A stretch of DNA of 64,000 nucleotides from Amoeboaphelidium protococcarum X5 (GCA_023515725.1 JALDTO010000266.1:1-64000), one strand, 5' to 3'. Shown: positions 27,601 through 41,969, counted from the first letter of the stretch. Notes: a model not told the origin generated them from the letters alone. Made by a program: numbers and translations.

Positions 27601-29340
27601 TCTACCGCTGACTCTTTAAGTCAGGCTCAGAAGTATATACTGATTTTTGCGAGTAGTCTTGCGTCGGACGTGCTTCGTTGTCTGAAGTAGAGAACCGCTA
27701 TGGCTGGGCAACAGGCTGACCTTCTGTCTAAGGCTTTGATGGAAACTTCGGTGTTCAAGAATGCGAACATGAATGACCTGCTATAGCAGTTGTTTGGTAG
27801 CTCTGTAAACTCTAATGGATTCTTTGAGGGACCGAACGAGATTGTCTAATCTGCGATAATGACCTAAATAGTGCCGACAGTGTTGGCCAATGATCCAATC
27901 TGGAAGTTTAATGTCTCATATAATCGAAATGGCTGTAGTATGTTGTCCCAAATCGGCGCATTAATCCAAGCACTTTTAAAGTATGATCACAATGGTCTAG
28001 CAGTTCCTTCACCGCTTGTGTCTAGTATATCTAAATAATTCTGTAGTGTCTCTGTTGATTAGTTGGTATCTCTAAAATCTGTTGCAGCTTAGTTGGATGG
28101 GTCGGTATTTGACAACTTGTCTGTTCAGTAATCCATCCAAAATGTTGATTTAGCTAACGTTCTGCTTGGCTCTGAGGTTGTGGCTAAAATTTAACGCCTG
28201 CAGTCACCATTGCCAGTGCAAGTTCTGTAGAGAATGCATATCAGCAGTGAGATTCGTCATTTCTACGATGCAGTGGTTCCTATCTTACTGTGTGATCTGA
28301 CTGTGACTATTAAAGCTTTGCTGTCTAGGCCGGGTGATATACCGTCGTTTGTCATAAAAACCGTAGCTGATATGATTCCACTACATGGTGTCGTAAATCA
28401 ATTTGTTGATGGAGTGGTTAAGGTTGTTGCCGAAAGCTTTAAATCCGCCACTGTCTATTCTAATGGTTACATCTAACCTCAGGATTATACATGTATGATT
28501 GATATGATAGTTTAGTCTATCAGCTCCTCCATCAAAAGCTCGATCGGTTTATAATATTGGTTAAAAGACAGCGGGGGAAGTGTACTGAAAGTGGCCAAAA
28601 GCGAAGAATTGTGGTATTCATCTTGCAAGCTTCTGATCCAAACTTTCCGTCATTCTGTAGCTGGATTGAAGAACAAGACTAATAGTAAGCAGCTAGTCGA
28701 CCGTGAATTGGACAGTACTCGTCAGTTGATATTCAAAGTGCACGAAAAAGTAATGTATGAACTCATTGATCAGTCTCTGGAGTCTTTGAAAGATGATGAG
28801 ATGTTGGAATCGGACGAAGTACTCAGTATCTTTGACACGTATCTAACGTCTGCTTTCAAGCATTTGTATATCCTAGTTGGCTCTGCCGGGAGCTTTGGTG
28901 TAAATATGATGAAGGCTCAAGATGCTCAGACGCTAATTGAAATGCTAGACAGTCTTATGAATGAAAAGCATTCGGATATCTGGGATAAACTGTAATCTGA
29001 TACTGCCGCCAATTATTTAGTTGAACAGGCCAAGTATGAAAAGACTCTCTCTAATATTGCTGGTACCATGAATGCTAAAGCTGCAAAGAGAAAGAACCTG
29101 CGTTCCAAAGTCACCTCAGCTCTGACTTCTCATGCAGATAGCAATCAAATGCTGCCCTAATCCATCTCTACCACTCCGACGCGCAAGATTGACTTCAAAT
29201 CAGAAATCAATATTCCATAGTCATCTGCTCACTCTACCCCGTCGAAGCGTTCACTGAATGATGTCAATGATGAGAATGCTGATATTATGAGCCAGCTGTC
29301 TTTTCAAAACTCTCCTGATATGAAGAAGACGCGTATGTGA
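24664..29340 (+). CDS. SCC3: Cohesin subunit Scc3/STAG (introns 24708-24759 and 24888-24940)
   Basis: FRPFRHVAT, FDGVYVHRYRDVNDIIR, FMDAQYLRYLGWSLSD, FLERFKSRMIEMA; single frame from 24943 to TGA 29338. Confidence 0.9.
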
Positions 29341-29512
29341 TATGGTAGAGTTGCCACCTGCGTTTTGCAAATCTAAGAATAATGTTCAACTAACGTATCA
29401 GTATTCAGTGCAAATTCTTAAAATCATCTAAACTTTATTTTATCAATCTCCATTTCTTCATTCAAACATCACACACATCTTACAACAAACTAACTTCAAT
29501 CAATCATTCAGA

Positions 29513-31783
29513 TCAAAATCGCGCTGGTGGAGGTGGAGGAGGAGCACCAGAGCCCATGCTCATGGAAGGCATCGCTGGTGCAGGAGGAGCCATTGGCAAA
29601 GCAGAACTGCTAGTAGTCATTGGATTACCAAACATTCCTGGTCTCATTGTCTGCGCGCGTTGATCACCTCCCATTGGCATTTATTACTACTACTATGGAA
29701 TGCCCAATGGCTACTACTGCTGTTACAAGTAAGGATTCGCCAAAGGATTTCTCTGCGTCATGGATCTCTGCAGCTGTTGACCTCCCATTCCACCTTGATT
29801 GAAGGTACCCATTGCGACATCACCGCCTCCCATTCCACCTGCTGGTGCGTTACCCATTGCACCGTTACCGCCGACCATTCTATTCATAGTCATAGTTCTT
29901 GGAGCTGATGCAACATTAGGATTCTGGAATCCAAACTGGTTCTACTGCTGCTGAACATACTGAGCCTCATCAATCAGAGTTCCATCATTTCCACCATTAC
30001 CCATGCCCATCATTGGAGGTGGTACTGGAGCAGTGTTAGGACGCGGAATAGTACCGTACTGATTAGCTGCACGCATTTGTGACAATGGCTGAGTCAACGG
30101 ATTGAGGTCCATCATCTACTGATCTGGAGAGTACACGGCATCAGGACTGTTGTACATTCCAGGCTAACCACCAGCACCACCTAGATACTGGCCGACAGGT
30201 TGAGTCAAAGACTGCTACATTCCGTACTGGCTGTTAGAGCGACCCAGATTAGCACCCATTTAACTCTAACTGGTACCGTATGGATTAGCATTCTGCGCAC
30301 CTCCAAATGGACCACCAGCCTGCAGATTGTTCAAATTCTGAGTGGAGTAAGTGCTTCCAGGAGCAGTACCTCCCATTATAGGCTGGCTCATAGAGTTGAA
30401 CTGACCATTCATGGACTACTGGGTGGAGTATGCCGGACCACCGGGCTACTAGCCTTGCATCATCTGCTGCTACTGCATTACAGGATCGTACATGCCGCCA
30501 TTCATTGGAGCAGAGTTTGCAACCATACCATTCATTCCGTTATTCTGACCATTCATCTTATCAGCATCATAGTCGATGGCATCAAACTTGTGTCTAGTGA
30601 TGTAGCAATAGATACCAGTTGGGACACCGATGATCAGTAGCAAGACGGCCAAACATATGGCAGCCAACTCCACAATGCTAGCAGGATTAGTCGTGTCAAA
30701 GGATAGAGATCCCAGGTAGATTGTACCATTCACAATACCAAATCCAGGTCTCTCAGGAGGTGGTGCAGTTTCGCTTGGAGTAGCAGTGGCAGTGACCGTC
30801 AACGAAGCTGACGATTGGCTGACGGTGGCAACATTCGTAGATGAGGCAGTGTTATTGCTAGAGACAAATATGGTACTAACAACTGGTACGACATACGCCT
30901 GACAGTATACAATGACAGTTTCCACAGCCACAACAGTGGTAATGGTCGTGGTAGTAGTGCTTGCTGTTGTTGGCATAGCAGAGGTAGTGGTAGATACAAG
31001 CAGTGAAGTGGTTAGATTACCGCCAATAGTTGTCGATGTGGTGACATTATCAGAAGACGTTGCAATCATTGTTGTACTATTAGCCATTGGACTTATAGTC
31101 GTCAGGGATACAGTGGTCGAGTTACTACTGCTAGTTGTAGTCTTAGAAGTAGTCGAATTCATTGATGATGCAATAGTCGTGGTTGTCGTTGTCGTTGAGG
31201 TGATAGTCGTGGTAGTAAAAGTGCTCGTGGTAATACTAGTACTGGTAGTGTTAAACATAGCTGTAGAGGACAATGATGCCAACCAAGTACTCATGCTAGT
31301 AACTGGAGCACTGCCATTCAATTTCAGGGACTGATTGTAAGCAGTCAAGACATAGACGATACCATTTAAAGTCACATTGCCATTGAGCTGACCATTGATC
31401 AGAAAGCTGCTACTATCATTATAGTAGCCAACGAAACACTTCAGATTAGGAGTAACTGATGGCGTAATCGTAGCAGTCATGGTGGCAGTAGCATTAGCAG
31501 CGGCTGTCGCAGTGATGTTTCCACTTGCAGTAATATTAGACGCAACTCCAGTAGTGATAGCGGTAACGGTGGCAGTGACATTTCCATTTGCCAATGACAC
31601 AGATGTACTGTTGGCTGGGGTAACACTCAAACTCTGCGTTGAGGTAAAGTCAGTCGATGCAGTCAACGTCGTTATACTCGTCGTCAGTGAGGTGGTAGTT
31701 GAATTCTATGCTTCATACACAGGGAGGGCCAGCAGCATCAGGGCCAACGCGGCGACTTGTTTGACTTTCACAGCGCTCAACAT
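29513..31783 (-). CDS. Type I membrane mucin-like surface protein (756 aa)
   Basis: Signal peptide, Thr/Ser-rich ectodomain with many NxT/S sequons, TM helix LAAICLAVLLLIIGVPTGIYCYI, long G/Q/M/P-rich cytoplasmic tail ending PPPPPPARF. Confidence 0.85.
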
Positions 31784-32109
31784 TCCAAAGATATCTTGGA
31801 TAGTCGGATAGCAGATGATGATTATGATTATTATATTACACAATTGGCTTTATCAATCGCACTCAAGATATTTATGAAAGTAATCTTATTATTAAAAGAA
31901 GTGTGACTTAAATTGCTATGATATATAAGTTGTTAAGGCTTAAATATAGCCTGGCAAAATCATAGCAACCGTTAATTGCTTTAATCTATTTTTAGCACAA
32001 ACTTGATCTTCAATTTTAGACAATATTGAGTTAAATAGAGAAATAAAATACACTATATACAATGCACTGGCAAATAGTGTATTAAATTCATAGAGCCATA
32101 GAGTACAAT

Positions 32110-34767
32110 TCACTGAAAGCCAGCCAGTTTGCGTTGCAGTATCTCAGTCATTGTCTCTGGCGAAACGTTGCGTTCTCTGTTGCGATCAGCGGCGCGACGA
32201 GATGAAGCTTCAGTGCAGTTCTTTAACAGCGACTCGGCAGATTTCAGTAATTTTCCATAAAATTCCTTCCCCTTGATAACATTGAACATAATCTAGTCAA
32301 AAGTCTTGGAGGACTGTACCAAATGAGAGCAAAACTTGCGCGTCTCCTCAGCGGATTTCGATTGTGATTTAAACTATTCCAAATTCTTGATCGACGGGAT
32401 AAGACCGCCCGTATTACTAGTAGTACCGCTTTCAGCCAACACATCAAATATCTACTACTGAAATTTGATACTGCCATCCAGCTTTTAACCAAATTCTGCC
32501 TGTAATTTCCGCATTTCAAACTGCATCACGTCCTCTTCTCGTTTTCTATTGATCAGAAGCATGTTGGATACGTAACTAGGAGAGCCAGATGTAAGATTCT
32601 TCTACAGTTATGCAATCAACTCTTCCCTTTCCTTCTACAACTAATCCAATTGATACACATACTTTTACAGCCTCTGTAACAATTCATCCAAGCGAGCATT
32701 CTCAGCCTTTGGAGTAACGGTCAGCTCACTGGGAGTATCCAAGAGACTCAATCCTTCCAAATCAGGAAATCTTGATAGATGCTATTACTGCTGCTAGTTC
32801 TTGCTCTGTTAAAAAGCATTTAGGATATCTTGCTCGCCAGCCAGCACCAACTTCATATCTTGCTCCACTTACTTATACTATTACTGTAGCTTTTCATCTG
32901 CCTAACACCCTTAAGACAGATCATACTGCAATTTACTAAGCTAATCTTAGTAGGACTTCCAAAAATCAGTAGCTGCTCCATTGTTACTTTATTTAACACC
33001 AAAGTTTTACCTAAAGGATTAATCTTCAGCCAAGTCTTAATTGATACATTGTTAACACTACTAAATAATAGTGGCAACCTATGATCTAACATCATATAAA
33101 CCAGATAGTGTAGTGTTATTAGCAAATGCTTGTTGCATAGTAGAATCTGAAGACCTCTTCTTCAGCTCGTCGAGCAACTCTTCAGACAACTATGCTCCAT
33201 TCTAAGAGGCATTCTTCCCGCCCTTGCCAGAACTCAGCACAGATAGAATATCAGGAACATCGAGGCTGGCAAGAGTAATAGCAATTTAATCATTCGCGTC
33301 AAGAGCCTTCTGCTTGAACTGACGAAAGAACTCATCCTTCTTGGCACTTAGCACAGATTCCTATTCCAAAGTGTTGAGTGGAATAAGCTATTTGAACAGA
33401 TCCACCTGATTATTCACAATATCAGCCAGCTCTGGAATAGTCTCTATCACTCTGGTGCACTTTGACGCTGCCAGGGACGCGAGTGGAGGCAGAGTAGATA
33501 TCGCCGGCACTACATCATGATACACGACATCGTTATCCTTGTTCAGTCTCTTATAGCGCTTGTCGATAAACGATTAAAAGCGCTTCAACTGATCAACAAT
33601 GGAAAATCTACCTTAATCCCCAGATCCACTTTAAGAAGTAACGGAAGAAGAAGAAGTGCCCATAATCGCATTAATGGATTACAGCGGCAGAAGATTTAAG
33701 GACTTTTTAGAGAATGCAGAGTCAATCTTGGCGGCAACTTTCATCAATTCTGTGGTGATCTACACGGCCTACTGCATTCTTGCAACACCTTGCCCAATTT
33801 AAGACTCTTGCTCACATTTAAATGACGAATGCAGCTGAGCCAGAGCCTAGAAATACAACTACTTCAACTATACAATCAATGACCAATCCTTTGGCAAGTA
33901 TTACTCCATCTTGATATCACCTTCAACTAATGACGATGAAAAGTCATTCAACAGAGATGTATACTGATCTCCAGTACCTGCGGCCAACTTACCCAATATA
34001 GCCTTCTTGCCAATCAATTCGACATCCTAACTACTCACAGTCTAATCTTCATTAAATGCAACGTCCTTGAATAGATCAAGCCAAGCCTTCATAGTAAACA
34101 CCTCCTGAGCCTGGGCAAGATGTAATTTAGACAGCCAATCCACCACACTCTTGTTCAAGTCGAAGGAGGGAGCATGCAAAAAGTTATCCCTGATAAAGGC
34201 AAAACATCCGGCAGCAGCTTGGTAGAAATTGAAAGACTTCTTGAGACCATCTTGATCAACATTGGCGCACAACTCTTTCAAATGTACATTGGCAAGTAGA
34301 CTGAGCTTCTGGGCAATGATGAACAACACTGACGCCTTTTCAAATGCAACAGAGCTCTGAGTAACAACACCTCTATCATCTCCAAACGGATTAATCTGAC
34401 TATTGCTGTCATATAAATCCTACCAAGCAAATTTCAAATGATCTCCGATATAATCTGCAGTAAAATGCAATTCAAACAAGTCTAGTTGGGTAAAATACTT
34501 CCACACCTGCTTGATCTTTTCCAGTAGCTTGTCCGACTGCAGATCTTGGATCACCTTGTCTTTATTCTGAGAGGATTGAAGATCTTGTGCAATATTCTGT
34601 CTCATGCAATCCATCTACTTTATAGCTTCCCTAATCAATGGGCCTTGTTCAATATGATCATAATGTTAATTCATAATCTTGGGCACACCATGCGAGTAAA
34701 CTTCATCATCCACCCTTCTCTTCTCCTTAAGAGTAATCATAATATTAATAACCTGCACACTATCCAT
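32110..34767 (-). CDS. BRO1: Bro1/ALIX-family ESCRT adaptor (Bro1 + V domain)
   Basis: SVAFEKASVLF, QAAAGCFAFIRDNFLHAPSFDL, HLAQAQEVF, KDNDVVYH, NVIKGKEFY; 885 aa. Confidence 0.88.
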
Positions 34768-35034
34768 TATAACGCTAATTTTGCTATAAAAGATGTAAAA
34801 CTAAAAAAACTTGATTAATTAATTAGAATTCAGACACCAGCAGATTGCAAAGTACTTTTAGAACTGTTTGAGAAGGAAACACAATGGCGATTGGAAAAGA
34901 TAAATGATCTAAAGGAACAACGCACGAGAGAAAAATTCTGCTTAACATGGCTCTATAAGATACGAAACCTGATTAGTGGCATAAGACAATTTAAATTCTT
35001 AATAATATTATTCTACTTAACTAGGACTCAAAAT

Positions 35035-35775
35035 TCAATCAAGGTTAAAGTTTGTGTAGCATTTGAATTCATTGCTGAGAGGAGAATCGTGAGTGGGATG
35101 AAATGTTCCGGTTGGAGACACATTCAACAAATCTTTAACGATGGGCTCCATGACAGCACCGCTACACACTATTGTATCAACTGCATTATCTCCATGGACA
35201 GCATTTGCAGATAGAAACTAGACAAAGCGGGCCACCTTTTCAAAGCATTCACGCGACAAGAATGGAGGATCGATCATAAATATAGAGAACTAATTTCGGT
35301 ATGTAGCATACTTGCCCATTCCCTGATCACTACTATCATCATCATCATCGATATCGTTGAAATCGTATTGAACAAAATTCGACAAAACGTCAAATCTCGC
35401 GTCAAATTCAAAACAATAGACGGCGTTAACGAAATCGCGTGGGTAATCTCCACAATTCTCATGTAGATATGCATGCACAGATGGGGCACTAATTATTGCA
35501 ATCTTGGGTTCTGGTTATGAATTACTACTGTTATTCTCTTTATCTTGAGATTTCAAAAGTTGCCATCGCTTATAGAGCGTGTCTGTCAGATATTTCTTTG
35601 TGTGCGTATCATACCAGAATTGAGATAACTACCAATCTTCTTTAATCAGTTGCATACTAAATCTAGATTCTGCATTCTATTTCAGCTAATCAAACTGCCT
35701 TTTTAATTCATCTTATTCTGCTAGAAATTCGCTCAAAGCGGCTAGTGTTGCCGGATTCAAATCATCCAAATTCAT
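35035..35775 (-). CDS. EFM5: EF1A lysine methyltransferase 1 (Efm5/N6AMT2)
   Basis: TLAALSEFLAE, EDW(Q=TAG)LSQFWYD, FEFDARF, IDPPF, LSNEFKCYTNF. Confidence 0.93.
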
Positions 35776-35873
35776 CTTGGTGTTATCAAGAGGCGCCTAT
35801 TCAAATCGGTTACAAAATAAAAACTTGAAAATCTGAGATCTCTTCTGGTAACAAAGCCGTTCATAATTTCAAA

Positions 35874-36890
35874 ATGGATTTGAAAGAGGAAATTGCAAGA
35901 CTTAAAGCTGATAAGGCGCGTGGAATTAATTAGAGCAGCGGTAGCAGGAGAAAGGCTAAAGTTGATATTTTGGATAAGTATGAAGTAAAGAGGTCAGCCC
36001 GCTCTGTTGATCATTAATCTTTATCGACTGGTACCTAGGGTGGATCTTTAAAACTCAAGGCATAGTCTGGATCGATATTAGATAAAAAGGCGCAACTGTA
36101 TGACTTGCTATCAAAAGATCCTTCAGGCGGGAAGTTATCTGTAGCTGAGCAGTAATTTATATAGAGCGAAGATGTGATGGTTGATTTTGAGTAAAAGAGT
36201 AGAGATTAAGCTCGCGAGAATGGCTCTGCGTTCAAGTAGAAGAAGGTCCAGGGGATTGACGAATTTGGTCGCGTTCGTATGATAGAAGAAGACTTGATAC
36301 ATTAGGAAGTCGGTTTGCATGTGAATATAGATGCTGATTATAAAGAGTATGATGATAAATGTCAGAAGGGATTTCACATGTTTCCACCGACCGCTGTCAA
36401 TGCTATAGATGATGCTGGTAAAGTTGTATAGATCCAGGGTAAGAAGAGGAAGAGACGAGTTGATCATTTGAATTAGAGTGGAGACTATGAGCAATAATAA
36501 TAATAAGAAGTTGATGTGTTTGATTACGTGCCGGTTGATTTGAAGGATGAGATTAAGGGTATAATGTCATAAAAGTAATATGAGGCTTAGAATGAATGGC
36601 AGGAATCTCTCAAAGTTGATTCAACCATATAGAATGATTGTTTAGGAGTGAATTAACACCAAGGACCAGGACATTATCGATTTACTAAATAGAAAAAGGT
36701 ATAACAGCTATTAGATTTGGCAAAGGCGCGGTAAGAGACAGAGGATAAACGCGCTATTTCGCAGACTAGGAATCAGATAAGGAAAGCTGCCAACTAAAGT
36801 ACTGATGGTACATCTTTAGATGCGCATCCAGATACCTCAAATGATGATTAGATTGATAGCGAAGTTGAAGAATGTCTTGAAAAGTTATGA
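35874..36890 (+). CDS. CCDC174/DUF4078-like protein
   Basis: MDLKEEI start, LDKKAQLYD, MVDFEQK, DEFGRVR, GPGHYRF...ARQETE. Confidence 0.72.
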
Positions 36891-36934
36891 GCCCAGTTTA
36901 AAATTTTAAATAATTGATACAGTTTAATAATAAT

Positions 36935-38626
36935 TCAGCAATTTCTCAGTGTTGGATCAAGGTATTATAGTCCAATCGAGTTAAATATGTCCTCTTCGGA
37001 CCGCGTTGGAATGTACTTACCTGTAGATAAATCATACAGGCCATGACTGTTCAAGTGAAAGCCAACATCTTTCGCATATCTCCGTATGCTCCTCTCAAAT
37101 TAGCGCGAACCGGTCCATCCAAGAAGTGCAGTCGCCCAACTCTATGGCTCCGTCACAATCAGATCAACCTATCTGGCAATAGGCAGGCCGGCATCATTAA
37201 GTTTGCCAGGATTCCCAAAGAGCAGGAATGCTTTATCCAGCCTGTCCATAATGTTATTATGTGAAATTATTCTTTCAGGATTGGCCATATTACCTGAGGC
37301 GAGGTGGAATATGTGATCAAACAATTTTTACTGTCTCATCTTGTCAATGATCCTCTGCAATAAAGTGGACGTCTGACCTCCCCCGTTCTCAGATGGACAT
37401 ATTAGAATATCTAAATCATAACTAAGCTCTTTGCCGCGTTTATAACCACCAGTAACTTCCACTTTACATCCAGGCTCAACTTCTTCAATCAATTACTTGA
37501 CGATACCGGCAATCTATTCTCCCTCTTCGCGATCTATCGGAGTGAGCAAATCCTTAGCATTCTCAATCCAAACTCGCTAATTCTATGACAATTTAGGATA
37601 GTCTAATAGTTCATGGATGTCTCTATATCCCAGTTGGTACCATTAGTTGGCCACTTTGCTTCCGGCACCGTAAACTTTCATTAGCTTCATCAGAGCTGTA
37701 TACTTTTAGTCACGTCTCAGCTTCTCTGCCTCAACAATGTAACCATACTTAAGAAATTCTCCAATCATCTTTGCAGTTTTGGAGCCAACATTAACAATCT
37801 ATTCCGCCTCCTTCACACTTTCTATTCTTCTGGTGTATGCCCTGATGGACGCGATAGTCTTTGAGTATGAAAGGGCACTTGTTTCATTGCCATCACACTG
37901 TCTGCAATCCCTGATCACCATGAACTCAGCCACCAGATCGTCATTTGGGCCGTGCAAGGGAGTAGGATGTTGGCATTCATACGCAGAATTTCTAAATGCC
38001 GGATCTAAAAGATCTGAATAATGATTAAGAGACTAAGCTTTCTTTGATGGAGACAATGACACATCGTCATTATCAGATGATGAATTAGAGGATTTGGATC
38101 GAGATCTAGGACGCTTTCCAGTCAATTGCCTATTAACAGTAGGTGGTGAACCTAAGGTACTACCATCCGGGCGTGTCTTGCTATTTAAATGTAATAGAGT
38201 CGGTGATGACTATACTTTGCCAGGAGACTGCGTCAGAGTTATCAGTGGGATGGCCGCAGTAGGAGAAACTTTGGCTTTTAGATCGCGAATAAACTTGTCC
38301 AAATCAATTACATACAACTGCATATCAACCATCTTCTCCTATTATGCGCATGCATGTATCCATTGAGTTTTGACGATGGGCACAGAGATAGAGTCCAGCG
38401 GTACACAACGCTCAATTCTAAAAGGAGATTACACGGCAGATAAAATCAATGTTGCATCAGAAATCGCGTCAACCACAGCGCCACCTACAGAATGGAAGAT
38501 GAAGCATATTAAATTTACGTTCTAGATAATCATACCATTTCTTAATATTTCCTTCTTCAATTTATCGAGTTCTAAAGTAGAAATCTTGTCTTGTATAATG
38601 TAAAATTTGTAATTCTCAAACATCAT
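36935..38626 (-). CDS. Family X DNA polymerase with BRCT domain (Pol mu/Pol4-like; probable intron 38485-38535)
   Basis: N-terminal BRCT (VKTQWIHAC), YECQHPTPL, VTGGYKRGKELSYDLDILI, RQVDLI, LLGWTGSRQFER, SEEDIF..IGL.YLDPTLRNC. Confidence 0.93.
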
Positions 38627-38858
38627 TTGACGTTTTCTTATTAGGGATAGTCATGGTAGATCATGAGGCGATCCTAAAAGTCAGAATTCTTGTTCACTTT
38701 CGCGTGATACAGTAGTAATTCCTTTTAATCAGTACTTTGGGAGAAATCAAAGTTTGATTCTGCTTACAATATTGAATTTAATGGCGCGGTGATATTATAA
38801 CATCTATTTTCTTCTTACAAAGGCGTTAACTCTGCTTATATTTGAAACAATCGATACG

Positions 38859-39354
38859 ATGCAGATTTTAATGTTTCTGGTGGTTGGTCTGCTGTGGGGT
38901 GGAACGAATCCTTGGCTGAAGCTGGCAGCACAGCGTCAAGTCCCACCACAGTCTCTCCTGATGCTCCCCAAGTCTTTGAGGTAGACTGTATATCTACTGA
39001 CTGACTATCACTATCTTCTTCCTCTGTTATTGAATTTGAGTGGATCGATACTGTACTACAAGACTTTGCGAGACTATGGTAAGTTTCTGAATTCAACGAG
39101 ATTAATTATCAAAAATAACCTGTAACAATTAAGCAAGTAGATTTGAAAATGGCTGTACCTATTGCAAATTCCTTAACGTTTATATTCACACACTTGATGG
39201 GATACGCCATTGGGGAACCGTTCGGATCTTATAGTAAGTTTACGTGTTTTACTTGTAAAAAACAAATTCTTAATCAAATCTCTGCTGGGTAGAAACTATG
39301 TTAGGAATATCTCTAGTCATTGCTGGCGTGGCTGTATGTCTCAGGAATAGTTGA
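38859..39354 (+). CDS. TMEM234-like small membrane protein (introns 39079-39140, 39234-39292)
   Basis: LVVGLLWGGTNPWLK, YLLPLLLNLSGS, MAVPIANSLTFIFT, LGISLVIAGVAVC. Confidence 0.88.
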
Positions 39355-39624
39355 TAAAGAATATAATACGTGATTGAGGTTTCTGAAGTCGAGCAATATA
39401 GAGACATTTCGTTTCAAGCAGTTTTCGAAAGAGTGAAGTTGAAACGAACGACTATGTTCTATGTCTTTCGCATTCGCGTTTGGTTTCACCGCGTTTCATC
39501 TTCTTCGTGCGGCACATTCTTACTCTTACACGTTCAACTTCATTATATCAACTGTATTAGTTGTGGCTTTCCTCATATTTTAATATTATAATTCATAGTG
39601 ATCACTGTTTTAATTGATTAGTAA

Positions 39625-41778
39625 ATGCTTAGTACAATGACTGTGTTGTTTAAAGGAATAAAATTTGCTATAGGACCGGATGTTCCTGAAATTGACTTTA
39701 ACGTTCTAGTTGCATACATCGAACATTACGGGGGTGAAATTGCTGATTATACATGCCAAGATCCAGCTACACTTATTATAACTTTTAATTATGATTTAAA
39801 ATTGGATAATGCGTCTTAAAAATACATACTGCCCCATTATATTGAAGATAGTGTGAAATATGGTGCCACTTTGCCTATTGATGAGTACTTGTTGCCGGAT
39901 GCTAAATTGCTCAGTCACTCTGATAATCCTGTGACTACAGATTCACTATAGAAAATGATTCCTGAGGTTATGGTATCAATGTTAAATGCTACATTTGATA
40001 ATTTGGAATTGGGTAGCTATTTAGCTGGTAAATCTGTGTACTTTCACGTTCCCTCACCCAAGAGTCCTGAATATGATACCGCGATTTCGTCGTTGTCAGA
40101 TGTTCTCCACCACAATAATGTAAATGTGGTATCTAATACTCAAGCAGATATTGATATAGTTGTATCTCTGGTAGAAGACTCTTTTACGGAACTTTAAAAG
40201 TCTCGTGGATCTATTGTCCTATCTCCTTTCCTATTACTATCACAGATACAGTAAGCAAGTCTGAAGTCTTACAATTCTCAGTGGACACTGTCTCCTTTTC
40301 TAAAAAAGCCTCGTAAAGTTGCTTAATCTTTAAAGAATCATGTAGTTTGTATTACGAATTATGTGGGATGTGCTAGAGATTTGATCAAACTTATGATAAG
40401 TCTGACTGGTGGTTCGTATTCCAGTGTGATGGACAGGTCTGTAACAGTTCTTGTATCATCCTGCTAGTTTGGCAAAAAGTACGATGCCGCTCAATCATGG
40501 GGCATTAACGCTGTAAATCACTTGTGGTTGGAAGACTGTTTGCTCCATGGCCGGTTATAACCTTTTACCAGGCAGCGATATGCCATGGGATGGAATCCTA
40601 TTTCTTTGAATCTCCTTGTTGGCAGAGAGTATTGTTATTCTATTTCTGCTATTCAATCTACCCCAGTTCCATTAGCTGATACAGCTCCAATATTGGATGC
40701 AGTGAAGTAATAAAAAATAGTAGAATGCAAGGCCGTAGCATCTGCAATGACAGTTCAATAAGTGCCTTCTTAAATGACTAAAGCCAAGGCTAAGGTGGAT
40801 TCTGCTTAGTACTAGAATGTTATCGCGCGAAAGTTGAATGATGATATTGATCATGATGATAATAAGCGTGATAAGAGCCGAAAGAGAAGAGCTAGAACCG
40901 ATTCAGTTAGTACCGTTAGTGTTCTTGAAGTTTAAAATATTGTGAATGGTGGAAACGAAAAACAAGATTATGATCTAGACGAAATTAGGCGTCGACAGTC
41001 ATTGAGCTCTATTGTGAAGAAGGCGAGAATCTCAGGCTCAACCCAGATAAACTCTGCCCACAAATCTGTGGATGATTTTGAGTCTGAAAATCTTGCTATC
41101 AAGGACGAAAATGCTAGCAGTGCTCTTTAAAATGCTAATGTTATCAAGAATTAAGAATAGAAGGTTATCAAGTCGAATTTAAAGCCCATCAAAGTTGCAT
41201 TTACTGGAATCAAAAGACCGGCTGATCTGATACCTAAAATGAAAGAACTAAATCTTGTAGAAACTTCAAATGTGTGTGAAGCATCTCATTTAATCACTAA
41301 TAGAATTGCAAGAACCGAAAAGTTCATGTGTGCCGTTGCCTGTTGTAATTATATTGTAACTCTCAATTGGCTTGAAGATTCTATCAGAAAGAAGTAGATT
41401 CAAGATGAGAACTTCTATGCGCTCAAAGACGTGGAGAGTGAGAAAGCTCTAAACTTCAGCCTTACTCATTCACTAAATCAGGCCAAGTAGAAGAAGGTAT
41501 TTACTGGTCTTACATTCTACCCAACGCCAAAAGTCGTGCCTCCAATCAAGACTCTGAGAACTATAATTGAAAATCACGGTGGAACTCTTATTGATCCTCA
41601 TTAAATTGCTATTGAATCCTTAGATATCAATTCAACTGTAATCTCTTGTCAAGAGGATGAAGAATTGTGGACACAGTTGCGACAACGTGGCTTCACTGTA
41701 TACTACTCTGAACTGGTTCTGTGCGCAGCGATAACTTAAAATCTGGACTACAAAACATATAAAATTAGTTCCAAATGA
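39625..41778 (+). CDS. Multi-BRCT DNA damage scaffold, Rtt107/Brc1/PTIP-like
   Basis: ITNYVGCARDLIKLMI, KKYDAAQSWGINAVNHLWLEDC, SHLITNRIARTEKFMCAV...VTLNWLEDS; 717 aa. Confidence 0.88.
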
Positions 41779-41969
41779 TCAATTAAGATATAAATTGCGT
41801 AACTTAAAGAATTTTCAATTAAAGATTTTTGATATTGTCCATTTTCAAGCACAGTTTGGCATTCAACATTCGACCGGTCCGATCAAAATGAAAATTTGAA
41901 AATTTTCTAAACGGCTCTCTTTAGCTCATCAGACTGAAATTAAAGAAGCTACGAGATTAAGTTAAAAGA

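Noticed and set aside
30912-31811. Val-rich plus-strand ORFs in the track that look like membrane proteins
   Set aside because: They are the antisense shadow of Thr-rich (ACN) codons of the minus-strand mucin-like gene
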